The notes under the pieces were generated by a model. The model saw only the letters and a program-made list of their open reading frames with translations, made no database searches and had not been told where the DNA came from. Below are positions 11,400-23,199 of a DNA stretch of 64,000 bases, piece by piece. The position numbers and the translations under genes were made by a program. This DNA comes from Negaprion brevirostris (lineage: Eukaryota). The DNA is taken from assembly GCA_030324005.1 (NCBI GenBank), contig JARDVH010000001.1, positions 118,475,597 through 118,539,596 on the forward strand. The letters are read 5' to 3'. Each line of letters starts with the position of its first letter. Within the stretch, counting starts at the first letter, position 1.

Positions 11400-11730
11400 A
11401 AATCTTTGAATGTATATGTCCTCTTTGATGTTAGTTCTGAAGCAATGATTAAAGAAATGTTTGAAGACACAGGCATTAGGATTGGGAGAGTGGGGCTGGG
11501 TAATTGATAACACCAGATAGATTTGCAAATGGCAAAGCTCTTGTAATCCTTCTTGAGTGTGTAACAAGAATTAGTAGGTAGAGTGGTAACAGCAGGCATG
11601 AACTTTGGAATGGAAGTGAACATTGGCAAAATCCAAGTTGTAAGTGTCTCAAAATCACCAAGAATGCTTATAGGATTAGAACTGATGGGACACATGTTTG
11701 TTTGGGAGAAGGCAGGAGGCCATTGAGGAA
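11400..11730 (+). mobile_element. RTE LINE remnant, RT region (continuation of 8880-9930)
   Basis: LFDVSSEAMIKEMFEDTGIRIGRVGLGN and GMNFGMEVNIGKIQVV, resembling the non-LTR RT segments either side of YADD. Confidence 0.6.
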
Positions 11731-12168
11731 CTTCCTGCAGGGAATGGGAGGGGGTGGTCAATGAGATCATTGTAGGAGTCTGGCAGTGAGATGCTGGCAG
11801 TAGTGCTGAAATAAGTCAGCTTGCATAGCTGGTACAGGTCAATTAATGTATCCTTCGCATGTTGGGTGCTCACCATACTCTTGCACTGTTCAATACATTA
11901 CATCCCGATATCTACTCACCCACCAACAGCTAGCCCTGAGCAGCCATGACTTGGGTCTTCTATTCATAAATTTTATCTTTACTCTCACACACACTCTGAT
12001 ACCAGCCTCACATCCACCTCACAATGTCTCTGTAGTCTTCAGCTGTTTATCCATGACATTCATATCACCCAAAATCAGGAGAACACAATAGATAGGGTGA
12101 CAATTCAACAAGTCATTCAACTCAATGGATGGATCCTGACAAACTGCATTTTAAACATTGGCGTGCAT

Positions 12169-12572
12169 TGGGGAAACACAGTAAGAAGTCTCATAACACC
12201 AGGTTAAAGTCCAACAGATTTATTNNNNNNNNNNTAGCTTTCAAAGCGCTCACTCCTCCTTCATCAGGTGAGTGGGATTTCAGTTCACAAACAGCGCATT
12301 TTATAGGGCATGAATACAGCTCACATTGTTTGTAGCTTTAAGACTTGATTACCTGTAAAGGCTTGCATTCCAACCATTATTTTGTAAATTGCGTTTGTGT
12401 CTTTATATGCCCTGTTTGTGAACTGAAATCCCACTCACCTAACGAAGGAGCAGCGAGCGTTCTGAAAGCAAATGGCTTTCGCTACCAAATAAACCTGTTG
12501 GACTTTTAACCTGGTGTTGTGAGACTTCTTACTGTGTTTACCCCAGTCCAATGCCAGCATGTCCACATCATG
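12169..12572. mobile_element. Penelope insertion: inverted pseudo-LTR plus direct pseudo-LTR
   Basis: 12169-12310 is the reverse complement of about 12400-12545; both arms carry hammerhead-like boxes; ends CCACATCATG. Confidence 0.8.
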
Positions 12573-12594
12573 CACTGGAGAAACAGATATCCTG

Positions 12595-12750
12595 TGACAG
12601 CTGTCACTCAGCTGGTGGCAATCTTCACACCAGTTCCACTTCTACTTGCACTCCAGGACTTGAGCACAAATACCAAGGCTAATGATCCAGTGCAGTATTG
12701 AAGGAAAGCTGCACTGCTGGAAATGCCATCTTTCGGAAGAGATGTAGAAT
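12595..12750 (+). mobile_element. DeuSINE (SacSINE1-like) 5' fragment
   Basis: CCAGGACTTGAGCACAAATACCAAGGCT...CCAGTGCAGTATTGAAGGAAAGCTGCACTG...GCCATCTTTCGGA; homologous to the minus copy at 27803-28225. Confidence 0.65.
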
Positions 12751-13765
12751 CAAATAATTGATTAGAGCAGAACATCAGATGCTGTTTTGGCTGTCATGTA
12801 GAGAGTCCTGTCCGACTGTACCCCACTCCATGAATTTTCTGACTTAATTTAACCACAGACTGCAATCTATTGTTACCTTAATATAATATAGTCATCAAAA
12901 AGCACGATTCCCATAAACTGCTCATCAACATTAAGTTGTGAGAACCAGAGAATACAAGAATATAATAGAGAAAGCTGAAACAACACTTTTTTTAGCATTT
13001 CAAGGTAAAAGTATTGTCTGGAAAAATTGGATAGGTTTCATGCTTCCTTCAGTTTCCTAGTATCTGCTGGAGGCACAGAAAGCCTTGTTTTGGTCAGCTC
13101 TGTCTAAGTGTGTGAATAAATACTTTTTCTGCTGAGATACGAGCTTCACGCCAGATCTCAGTTAAGTGACCAGCACCTTTCCTTATTGTTGATTTCCACA
13201 ACAAGAGTGATATTGGACCTTGGCATTGTAAAACAAAAATTGTTGAAATTAAGCCAGGAGGCTGTTTTAAAAAAAAGTTTTGGTTTTATTGTTGTAATGC
13301 ATCACTCTAGTGATTTAGTTATCATACAAGTTTTATGTTCATTTGCATCAAAACTTATCTTTATACTAACGTTCATTTCTTGAACATTTATAGTCCTCCA
13401 TTTAATTTCCTTACTCAGAAGTGGCCCTCCAGCCAAAAGATTTGCCCGCTCCTCAGTGACTACTTCCTCGGCTTCCAGATGTCTTAATGCAGCAGTGGAT
13501 GTTCAGATGGAAGTTATGAGATCCATGTAAGCTCAAGCTGCTGCCTTCGCGGCTGCAGATCCCAGTGCTCAAAGAGACCAGCAGGCACTCACAGCAGTCC
13601 CATAATCTGTGCTTCAGGAATTAGCAGCCTTCCAACAGTCATGCAATCATATAGACACTGGATAGTATAATGATCAGGGGAGGAGGGGCTGAATAGCTCT
13701 GTTCTTTTCTTTTTGCTCATTAGGTTGCAACAGGACTTCTGTCGGAAAAGGGTGTACTTGCCAAT

Positions 13766-13920
13766 TTAGTAAGAAGTCTCATAATACCAGGTTAAAGTCC
13801 AACAGGTTTATTTGGCAGCACAAGCTTTCAGAGTCTCTCTCCTTCAGGTGAGTGAGGAGTTGTGTCACAAACAGGGCATATACAGACACAAAAGCAATTG
13901 ATGTGCCCTGTTTGTGGGCA
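13766..13920 (-). mobile_element. Penelope pseudo-LTR fragment with decayed hammerhead core
   Basis: Reverse strand CTCACCTGAAGGAGAGAGACTCTGAAAGCTTGTG...AATAAACCTGTTGGACTTTAACCTGG; short inverted arm ACAAACAGGGCA / TGCCCTGTTTGT. Confidence 0.7.
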
Positions 13921-14342
13921 CGCAGAAATACAGATTACAGAGAAGGGGGAAAGATAAGTCAGTAAAATTATGGTCAGTAAAAGTTAAAAAGAATTCACAG
14001 TCTTGTTGACTTGGCTGGCTTTAGATTGAATCAAGTGGTTTTGTTGCTTTCACTTGATCTTCTGCTTTCAGATTCCAGGCAGTTTAAAACTGCAGGTGGG
14101 TGATCTATCTGTTAGTCTGGAGACACAGCTGCAGAATTGAGTTCTTGCTTTAAAATCTCTGTCTGCTGCAGAGGGAGAACGAGTCAAACAATAGCAGATA
14201 GGGCCCGAATGCTTGCAAGAGTTTATAGGTGAGAAAATGGGCAGGGGGAAAGGGAGGATCTNNNNNNNNNNGTTGCTTGTCCAGAGTTCTTCTGAGAATA
14301 TTTTATAACATTGAAAGATTTGGCTTGTCATGTGTATGCTCA

Positions 14343-14598
14343 TCAGTGGCACAATGGTTAGCACTGTTGCCTCATAGCATTTGCACATTCTCCCCATATC
14401 TGCATAGGTTTCCTCCAAGTGCTCTAGTTTTCTTTCACAGTCCAAAGATGTGTGGATTTGGTTGATTGGCCATGCTAAATTGTCCATCAGGATTAGCAGG
14501 ATAAATGCATGGGGTTACAGGGTTGGGGCCTAGTTGGGACTGTTGTTAGTGCAGGCTCGATGGGCCGAATGGCCTTCCATACTATAGGGATTCTATTG
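14343..14598 (+). mobile_element. HE1-type V-SINE with internal deletion
   Basis: GTGGCACAATGGTTAGCACTGTTGCCTCA, TTTGCACATTCTCCC, tail GATGGGCCGAATGGCCTTCCATACTATAGGGATTCTAT. Confidence 0.8.
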
Positions 14599-14842
14599 TA
14601 ACTAACCAATAATTCAAACATAATTGTGTCTTCCATTTATAACTTGGAAAATCAGGACTGGGAAACCTGTCTCTTGAATAGGGTTTCATTGTTCAAGTGA
14701 CTGTGTTTGATCGTTTGTCTTCATGTCGTTGCATATCTGGATGTTGTGCTAATGAAATGTAACATACGGTTCAATCTAATCCCTCTGAGGTTGTTGGTTT
14801 TTGTAGACATGCATTGCAATGGAGTTTTAAAATGCATGTACA

Positions 14843-15155
14843 GTAGTGCACAGTGGTTGGCACTGTTGCCTCATAGTGCCAGGGACCTGATTTCAGTGCC
14901 CGGCTTGGGTCACTGTCTATGTGGAGTTTGCATGTTCTCCCTGTGTCTGCATGGGTTTTCTCCGGGTGCTTCATTTTCCTCCCACAGTCCAAAGATGTTG
15001 GTTGGTTAGGTGCGTTGGCCATGCTAAATTTTCCCTCAGTGTACCCAAACAGGTGCCGGAGTGTGACAACTAGGGGATATTTACATTCACAGTGTGAATG
15101 TAAGCCTACTTGTGACTAATCAATAAAAAATTTAAAACTTAAAACTTAAAACTTA
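14843..15155 (+). mobile_element. V-SINE variant with alternative tail and (AAAACTT)n end
   Basis: HE1 head and V core, then AGGTGCCGGAGTGTGACAACTAGGGG...TAAGCCTACTTGTGACTAAT and AAAACTT repeats. Confidence 0.8.
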
Positions 15156-15589
15156 AATTAAGTAGCTATCTTGGCAGAGTTCAAGACATTTTAGTCAGTG
15201 TTTTTAAAAAGTCTGCTTCTAAAATATTCCGTTCAGGCTTCCAGCCGGTGGTCTAAAAAAATCACTATTTAGCATAGTGGACATCAAGACAATCAGAGGA
15301 CGAGGACAGGCAAAGGGAATGCACAAGTTGTTTATGTCTGCAATGTGACTTTGGTTAAATGTGTTACGGAAAGATTATTCGTTGTGACTTTTATTAAATG
15401 ATCTTGACCAGGTAATGGAGCGTCCTATAAATTGAGGAATAGTGAGCTTTGCCAGTGAGGGGATGCTCTCTTATAGGAAGTAGAGTGTGGGCGAGTGATC
15501 TTTACCAGCTCAGCCAAAGCATAGAGGTCCTGACTGCAACTTCTCTGTCACTGCACTGCCACTTACTCCTCTTGAATCGACCTCCAGGT

Positions 15590-16300
15590 GTATGATGGCA
15601 AGAGCTATGCCCTCATGCTGGCGATTCTATAGAGGATGCAAAGGGCCATCACAAACTTGGAGAGAACCGCACCAGTGTGTACTAGAGGATTCCCCATAGC
15701 ATCATCCACGACCACCAGAGTGGTCCGAGCAGTGGAAGCATTGCTTTAGTATGCCAATCCTCTGCCTCAGGGAGTTTTATATTCCCATTGTTCTTGCACT
15801 ATTGGGAGGTGGACAGTTATCAGCCAAAAGTAGGAGTGGGTATCTCTTCCAGCCACTCTCCAGTTCTTCATGAGACCCCAAACTTACAGGAACAGCAGAC
15901 TATCTCTGGATGGAGGCATTGTGCCTGTTGGGATTGTGACAATTGACTGACACTGTTTCTGTATGATCGCACACATCAGCTGCAATTGGTGGAATGGTCA
16001 GTCTTGTGGTTCAGTACTTTTCTCCATTGATGCAGAGACCGCAGAGTGATATGCATGCAATTGCTGGTTCCCTGCACAATTGGGAGCTAATATTCTGGGA
16101 AGTCATACTCTAATCCTCTTCCCTGAATGGAGAGAACTCAATGCCCATTGCCTCTTCTTGTATGAAGCGGCTTCATCACTTCCCACATGCAATAATGGGC
16201 AACATACTAGCTGATAGTTGATGCATCATTAGCTCACACCTAGAATGTTTTGATTTTTATGCAGATTGTTATCTTAATGGCCACCAGCAGCACCATTCTT
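15590..16300 (-). mobile_element. PIF/Harbinger transposase remnant, heavily decayed
   Basis: Minus-strand motifs in the correct order: VQGTSNCMHITL (VQGAIDCTHI), YLNHKTDHSTN..QL..CDH (NRKGFHSINVQLVCD), NPNRHNASIQR (PGSSHDAFILR), GEWL, SKFVMALCILY. Confidence 0.7.
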
Positions 16301-16763
16301 GTTCTCGTGTCAGGCCCCAGGTTTTCTTGAGGTGGTGGGACAATTCCGTGACCACCATCTTGGCTGAATCTGAGTCACCTATGGCATTCTTTCTGGGTGA
16401 GGCGCTCTGTGGAAACCCATAGTTGTTGGGTCTTTGGTGGAAAGCCATCCTCTTTCTTCCTTTTTTGTAGAGCTTCCCCTCTCTGAAGCCTCTTCACTCA
16501 CTGAGTGGAGCGTTGACCCAAAGGATCTGCAACCCGGGCTCTCGTACCTGTTGCAGATTGAGAATATGTTGGTGATTAAATTTTCTGCCTTACTTGAATA
16601 GCTACAGCAGCTCATTGAGAGATCCCCCAGTCACTGGAGTTGTATATAGTTCAATACTAGTTCTTCTGCTGAGATGGAGTCATGTCGAATCATTGAATGG
16701 TGACAACACAGAAAGAAACTATACAACTATTAAACAGGACATCTCACTTCCCTCTAAGGTCTA

Positions 16764-16997
16764 TGTAGTAAATTGGGAGGCGACTTCTAACCAAAAATGG
16801 TTCATTAACTAATACAGTACATGTACAAGGTAAACATCTGACAGAGCCAATACTCTCTTCTCCCCTTCCTAGCTCCAACTGAGGGTCTCCCCTGTCCCAG
16901 GATGTGTGCCCTTGCTCCCAATTGGCCGGTCTTCCTGCTGGCTTCTCTTTGGGGTCTAACCCAATCATGTAGTCCTCAAAGGGGCTATGTTGCAACA
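16764..16997. mobile_element. solo LTR (234 bp)
   Basis: Starts TGTAGTAA and ends TTGCAACA (imperfect terminal inverted repeat); flanked by GTCTA / GTCTG, a 5-bp target duplication with one mismatch. Confidence 0.65.
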
Positions 16998-18369
16998 GTC
17001 TGCATTCCGTAATCAATGACATGAAACAACTTTGGATACAATTTCCACTTCCTGCTAAGAATAGCATATGTTTACAACACCAGTTGCGCAGTCAAACCTG
17101 CATGCCAGAACTCATTTCCAGGTGGTGGTCAGTCTTCTGAACAAGTTCTTCCACACAACTTCTTGTGACTGACCATGTCACCCTTCCCTGGCTGCAGTAG
17201 TGATATCCTTATGAGCTGTGACTTTATACGCCTTTCTAACCCTGATCCCTTGAAATAAAATGTAATATCTCAAATTGCATCATTCATTTGGGTCTCATTA
17301 CCTTATCATTCCCACCATGGCTATGCAAGACCACCTGTATATGGTCATTTCCTGCTGTCAGCAGGTGGAGGGNNNNNNNNNNNNNNNNNNNNNNNNNNNN
17401 NNNNNNNNNNNNNNNNNNNNNNNNNNNNNNNNNNNNNNNNNNNNNNNNNNNNNNNNNNNNNNNNNNNNNNNNGAGGGTGTCTCCTGGTGCATACCACCAA
17501 TCTGCATCTTGATAAGGTACGAATAAAGCCATTTCTACATAGCCAGAGAGCCCATTATCTATGAGAGTTGCGGTATACAGAGTGTCTCAGTGCAATTAGT
17601 CTGGGCTAGCACCTTAATTACATGTCCTGATATGCCTGTGTGTGCTTCCTTTCATTAACCAAATAAACTAAATCAACAAACTGTGAGATAAATCAACATG
17701 CAGTTTCTTAAAGAGGTAATGTACCAAAATAAGCAGAATCTCTAAGGAAATTTAAAACACAAAAACAAGACATGATTAAAGGGGTTGCCACAGTGCCCAC
17801 TGGCCATGGAAGGCCCTGATGGTGTCAGCAGACACCATGTGCTCCTTTTCCAGGGACACCTGGCAGCATACATTGCTGTAGAAGAAGGGGAGACAGTCAG
17901 GACCGATGACCCCCTCGACCACTTGTTGCCAAAATGAAAGTAACAGAATTTTCAGAAAACTAAAAAGGGGCGAAGCCTAGGAAGCTTACATAAATGTGGT
18001 CCACTGACTTCACAAGACCACAAAATACATGTGCTTCTTAGAAGTCCATAGATTAGTGCAATCTACAGTTGCATGAGACTGCTGATGATAAGGGGGAGAG
18101 CTCCTGCACAGAGAGCAGTGCAGGTGAGTGAGTGAGTGGGTCACTGTTCATTCTCTCCATTGGGACCACTGCCGCTGGATGGCAACAAGACAAATAGATG
18201 AAAGTTATGCAGCAGCAACCCATACAGGAAACCCCTCTGCACTGTGCTAACAGCCACGGAGGGCATTTCTGTGATGCAAATCCGATTGTGGGGCATCAAG
18301 ACACAAGGGAGGGTTCAAGGCGTATGGCCATCATGAAATTCTGTCTGAGCAGGAGTACCTGAGTATCCT

Positions 18370-19625
18370 TTCAGAAGGCTTTCGACAAGGTCTCACATAA
18401 TAGACTGCAATGTAAAGTTACAGGAAATGGGATTGCAGGTAATGTCTTCAGATGGATAGAAAGCTGATTAGCAGTTAGAAAGCAAAGAATTAGCATAAAT
18501 GTGCCTTTTTCTGATTGGCAGTCAGTGACTAGTGGGGTTCTACAGCAATCTGTGCTAGGACCCCAATTGTTCACATTACATATGAATGATTTGAAAGAGG
18601 GAACTGTGNNNNNNNNNNNNNNNNNNNNNNNNNNNNNNNNNNNNNNNNNNNNNNNNNNNNNNNNNNNNNNNNNNNNNNNNNNNNNNNNNNNNNNNNNNNN
18701 NNNNNNNNATTATCTCAAAATTTGCAGATTATATAAAGCTGGGTGGGAAGGTGAGCTGTAAGGAGTAAGAGATGCTTCAGCGTGATTTGGACAGGCTCGT
18801 GTGTGGGCATATGCATGGCACTTGCAGTACATTGTAGATAAATGTGAGGTTATCCACTTTGGTAGCAATAATGTGAAGACAGATTAGTACTTGAATGGGT
18901 GTAAATTGGGAGAAGTGGACACTCAGTGAGACCTTGGTTTCTTTATGCATCAGTCGTTGAAAATAAGCGCGCGTGTACAGCAGGCAGTGAAGAAGGCAAA
19001 TGGAATGTTGGCCTTCACAGCGAGAGGATTTGAGTATAGGGGTGGGCTGCAATTGTATAAGGCATTAGTGAGACCAGACCTGGAATATTGTGTGTAGTTT
19101 TGGTGTCCTTATCTGAGGAAGGATGCCTTTGTTATTGAGGGAGCACAGCAATGGTTTACCAGGCTGATGCCTGGGATGGCAAGTCTTCCGTATGAGGAGA
19201 GACTAATTTGGTTAGCATTATATTCACTGGAGTTTAGAAGAGAGAGAGGGTATGTCATAGAAACTTAAAATTCTACCAGGGTTAGACAGGGTAGATTCAG
19301 NNNNNNNNNNNNNNNNNNNNNNNNNNNNNNNNNNNNNNNNNNNNNNNNNNNNNNNNNNNNNNNNNNNNNNNNNNNNNNNNNNNNNNNNNNNNNNNNNNNN
19401 NNNNNNNNNNNNNNNNNNGTGGAATTCACTACCACAGAAAGTAGTTGAGACCAAAACATTGTCTGATTTCAAGGTGAAATTAGGTAAGCTCTTGGGGCTG
19501 AAGGGGTATGGTGGGGGGGGTGAGGTGGTGTTCAGGATATTGAATTTAATAATCAGCCATCATTGAAATGAATGGCGGAGCTGGCTCGAAGGGCTGAATG
19601 ATCTACTTCTGCTTCTAGTTTCTGT
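18370..19625 (+). mobile_element. CR1 LINE 3' part
   Basis: QKAFDKVSHNRL, WQSVTSGVLQQSVLGPQLFTL, RPDLEYCV, and tail GGCGGAGCTGGCTCGAAGGGCTGAATG; two N gaps. Confidence 0.9.
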
Positions 19626-21884
19626 GCGTCTTCAAGAGCTGTGTGCCATCGAGGCTGAGCAGCACCATTTTAAGGTATGGGTGACATCAGCTGTGAGCTG
19701 GATGCCCACCAACAGCCAATGCACCAGTTCCAAGGGATCATCTAAGCCACTCGTCCATCACCCGTCACATCCCTGATTCTGGTCACTCCAGCAGCCATAC
19801 CTCTCCTCACCACCAGCCACCTGAAGTTATAATGTGGAGATGTGGATTCCTGAGCAGACGTTCCCTGATTACAGCCACCATTCCTCATGGGGAAGAACTC
19901 TGGCATGAGATAATAGCATTCCAGACTTTGGACAGGTTCAGGTGAAAGATGGGCAATGCCTATGAGAAATTACAAGCTATAAGAAACTGTAAACAGGAGC
20001 TGCACATCATAATTCAGGCAGTATGGCTGGCGGAAGACCACCAAGGAATACCATCTAGGAAGGGGCTCAATGTAAAGTTATTGCTGTAGGATCTGAAGCG
20101 GAAGGTTGCTTGTTATCTGGATGTGGAGACACACACCAGCACCTGACCACTCCCCCTAAGTGATAGACTCAGCACCTCAGCAGGGACCCAGTGCAGTCTT
20201 TTGTCCCAGATGAAGTTGATGACCATCTTTTGCATTTTTGTGATTATACTCCAGGGTCAAAGTGACATAGGGTTGATCAGCTGGCTTATGACCCACACAT
20301 GACCCCTGTAGGACCACACTCAAAGTGGCCTGTCCAATATTTCAGATGAGTGGGAACTTTGGCCTCCAGCTCCTGCCAGTTTGCTGGCTAGGATTCCTCA
20401 GCGGGGCACAGATGGGCTCCTAGGTAGAGGAGACTGATTCTGCTCCAGGTGAAAAGCCTGAGCTCCTTTGTAAGGAGTCCACCTTTCACTGACCAGGAGT
20501 CCTGGACACTTGTCCCAGTTGATCCTTGCAGAGGATGCAGTAGAATGCACCTCCTGGCATTTGCATGTCTTCCACAGGTCAACCAGGGACCTATGAATAT
20601 GTGGAACACATCAACCTAGGCTGAAACGACCACCCAAATTTCCAGCTCATGCAGAATTAATCCTGACAACTTCCTCCACAGAAGGTGCAGGAAAGGCTCC
20701 GTTTAAATAGGATATAACTAGCCAGATATGGGGCAGCCCTGATGCACTCCTTTCCCAAAACAAAGGGGCGCCGTGAGGGGCCCATTAACTTTAGTCAGAT
20801 ACTCAATCGTAGTGTACTGAAGTCAGATCATTGGCCAAAATGCACCCTGAACGCAAAAGCCCGTAGCTGGCAGAAAACAGTAGACTGCATGGTCTCGTTC
20901 TCTGCTGTGTATTTCTGTGACTCTTATAAACAATAAAACCCTGTTTGTGACTTCCAGAGTGATTGATTTTGTTTTTTTGATGCTAAAAACAGTAGGATGG
21001 AGCTTGGACTGAGTTGAGCTCATTGTCAAAAAATGAAGTTTGTTATTTACCCAGAGGTGTTACCTGTGTATTCTCTATTGTTGCATTTGAACTAGTTTTT
21101 CTGAATGATTTCTCCAGCCACTTCTCAGTCACGTTAGGTTGGGATTGTTTCTCAGATTTCAAGTTCACTGGAAGCCTGAAAGCCAAGGACAAAGTTCTCG
21201 CAGGCTGCATTTCTGCAGTACATTTTAGCCTTGAAAGACAACCAGTAATGTGAAGGAGGGTTTTAAGTTTCACTCTTGTGTAAATGACTGGCAGTTGATT
21301 AAATACTGTACCAGTCAAGCATTCCCTGTTTTCAGTTGCAACTGTGCTTAGTTTTCCCTTGAGGTGTCCAAAACCCCTACTCTGTTATTTTAAGGCAAAA
21401 TTTGCCATGTTGCTGATGGTGTATGTAATTCATATTTTGCTGTTGTTTCAATCTGTGGAAAGTAAGTATCAAAAGCATACAGTTTGGATTGTGAGCAAAT
21501 CATCCAGTTGATTGTTGCATTTCAGCAGCTTTGTGCCTCATGTTGATAGGTCTGATTACTATAGGGTAAATGTTAAGTCTTCAATGTCTGAGTGGCAATC
21601 TAGTGGAGCAAATTGCCAGCCTAAGGGAGAACTTGTCTAATAATCATTCTATTTTAATCAATTGAAACAAAAAAGGCCGAGTTCTACAATGAGAGGGCAG
21701 TTTGCTTAGGTGGTAATAACTAACGTTTGCTGACTGTAAAACTCATTGGAATGTAAGATACACCAGGGTTTTAAAAGGAAATATTTCAGCATAACGTTCA
21801 GTCCATAAAACACACAACAATTTTGAGTGATGTTTTCTTTCCCCCAGGAAAAACGTGAGTGACTTATGGTCCAATGAATATACC

Positions 21885-22462
21885 GAGTGGAAGTCTCCCA
21901 AAAATTTCTTCTTCTCCCCAACAGGAAAAGCAGTGAGATTCCCGCTGAAGGGCCAGTGAGCGCAATTCAGTTTGCAATACATCCACATATTTTTTGGAGC
22001 CTGAGGAGATTATCACTGAATTCTCCCACATTTAGAATTATTTTTGGAGTGGGCACCTAAAGATAGCAGCAAAGGCTGGCTCCTTAGAGATTTTTAAAAG
22101 GCATCCTGATCTTTACCCCCCTCAGCTCACTGGCTAAGACCCCCATTCCCGAGCCCAGGCCCCCCACTTTGGCACTGCCAATCTGGCACCCATGCAATGG
22201 CATCTTGACAGTGTTGTCCTGGCACCCTGGCAGTTGCACCAGTCCTGGCACCATGGCAGTGCAACCTGTCAAGTTAGCAGTGCCCGGATATTGTTCCATG
22301 TCACTACCCAGCCATTTTTCTAACCACACAGAGGCTAAATGCCTCCAATCTCTGGGCATGACTATAACGCCTAGTCTCCGTTTGTGGAAACCAGCAGTGA
22401 TTCAGACTGCGTTCCTGCTGCTCCCAGGAGTCGGATGCTTTCAGGAGCCAGGAGAATCTGGC
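21885..22462. mobile_element. possible non-autonomous TIR element (MITE-like)
   Basis: Degenerate inverted ends (GGAAGTCTCC / GGAGAATCTGG) and an internal cluster of TGGCAC/GGCAG/GTGCC motifs at 22170-22285. Confidence 0.35.
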
Positions 22463-22489
22463 TTGAAATTGACTATGCATGTTTTTAAA

Positions 22490-22793
22490 AGTTTTATTTA
22501 GTAGTGTCACAAGAAGGCTTACGTTAACACTGCAATGAAGTTACTGTGAAAATGGTTAATCGTCACACTCTGACACCTGTTCGGCTACACTGCAGGAGAA
22601 GTTAGTATGGCCAGTGCACCATACCAACATGTCTTTCAGACGATGGGAGGAAACTGGAGCATCCAGAGAAAACCCATGCACACAGTGGGAGAACGTGCAG
22701 ACTCCTCACAGACAGTGACTCCAACCAGGAATTGAACTCTGGTCCCTGGCGCTGAGAGGCAGCAGTGCTAACCACTGTGTCACTGCACCACCC
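22490..22793 (-). mobile_element. V-SINE variant (alternative tail)
   Basis: Reverse complement of the 14843 type: GTCACAAGAAGGCTTAC...GGGAGAACGTGCAGACTCCTCACAGACAGTGAC...GCAGCAGTGCTAACCACTGTG. Confidence 0.85.
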
Positions 22794-23199
22794 TTTAAAT
22801 ACTTCAAGTGGAGATTTACATATGCTAATCAGTTTCCTGCCCTTGTTGGACAGGAACCAGATTATGTTCTGGGGTGTTGGGAAAATTACAAGGGGAGTTC
22901 TTGCTGATAAATGCACCAAACCTCTCCCCTGTGATTCTCTAACCCTGTGTGACCCCAGTGCAGGGGTCTGAGAATGTAGTCCAGTATCGCATTTCTCCGG
23001 CATGGCCACATTGTTATGTAAAATGTTCAGCACAATTGGGGCAATGCAACTGTGAATTATTGTCATAATTTGGTTTAAAATAAGACCTGTAAAATATAAG
23101 TTCAAATTTCACTCTGAAAGATTTAATTATTGTTTGAACTGAAACCAGCCTCTGTCAAAGCTATTACTGTCAGAGGACCCAATGTGATACTATGCTTTA

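Noticed and set aside
22602-23105. 167-aa minus-strand ORF
   Set aside because: Its C-terminal part is HE1 sequence and the rest has no recognisable motif
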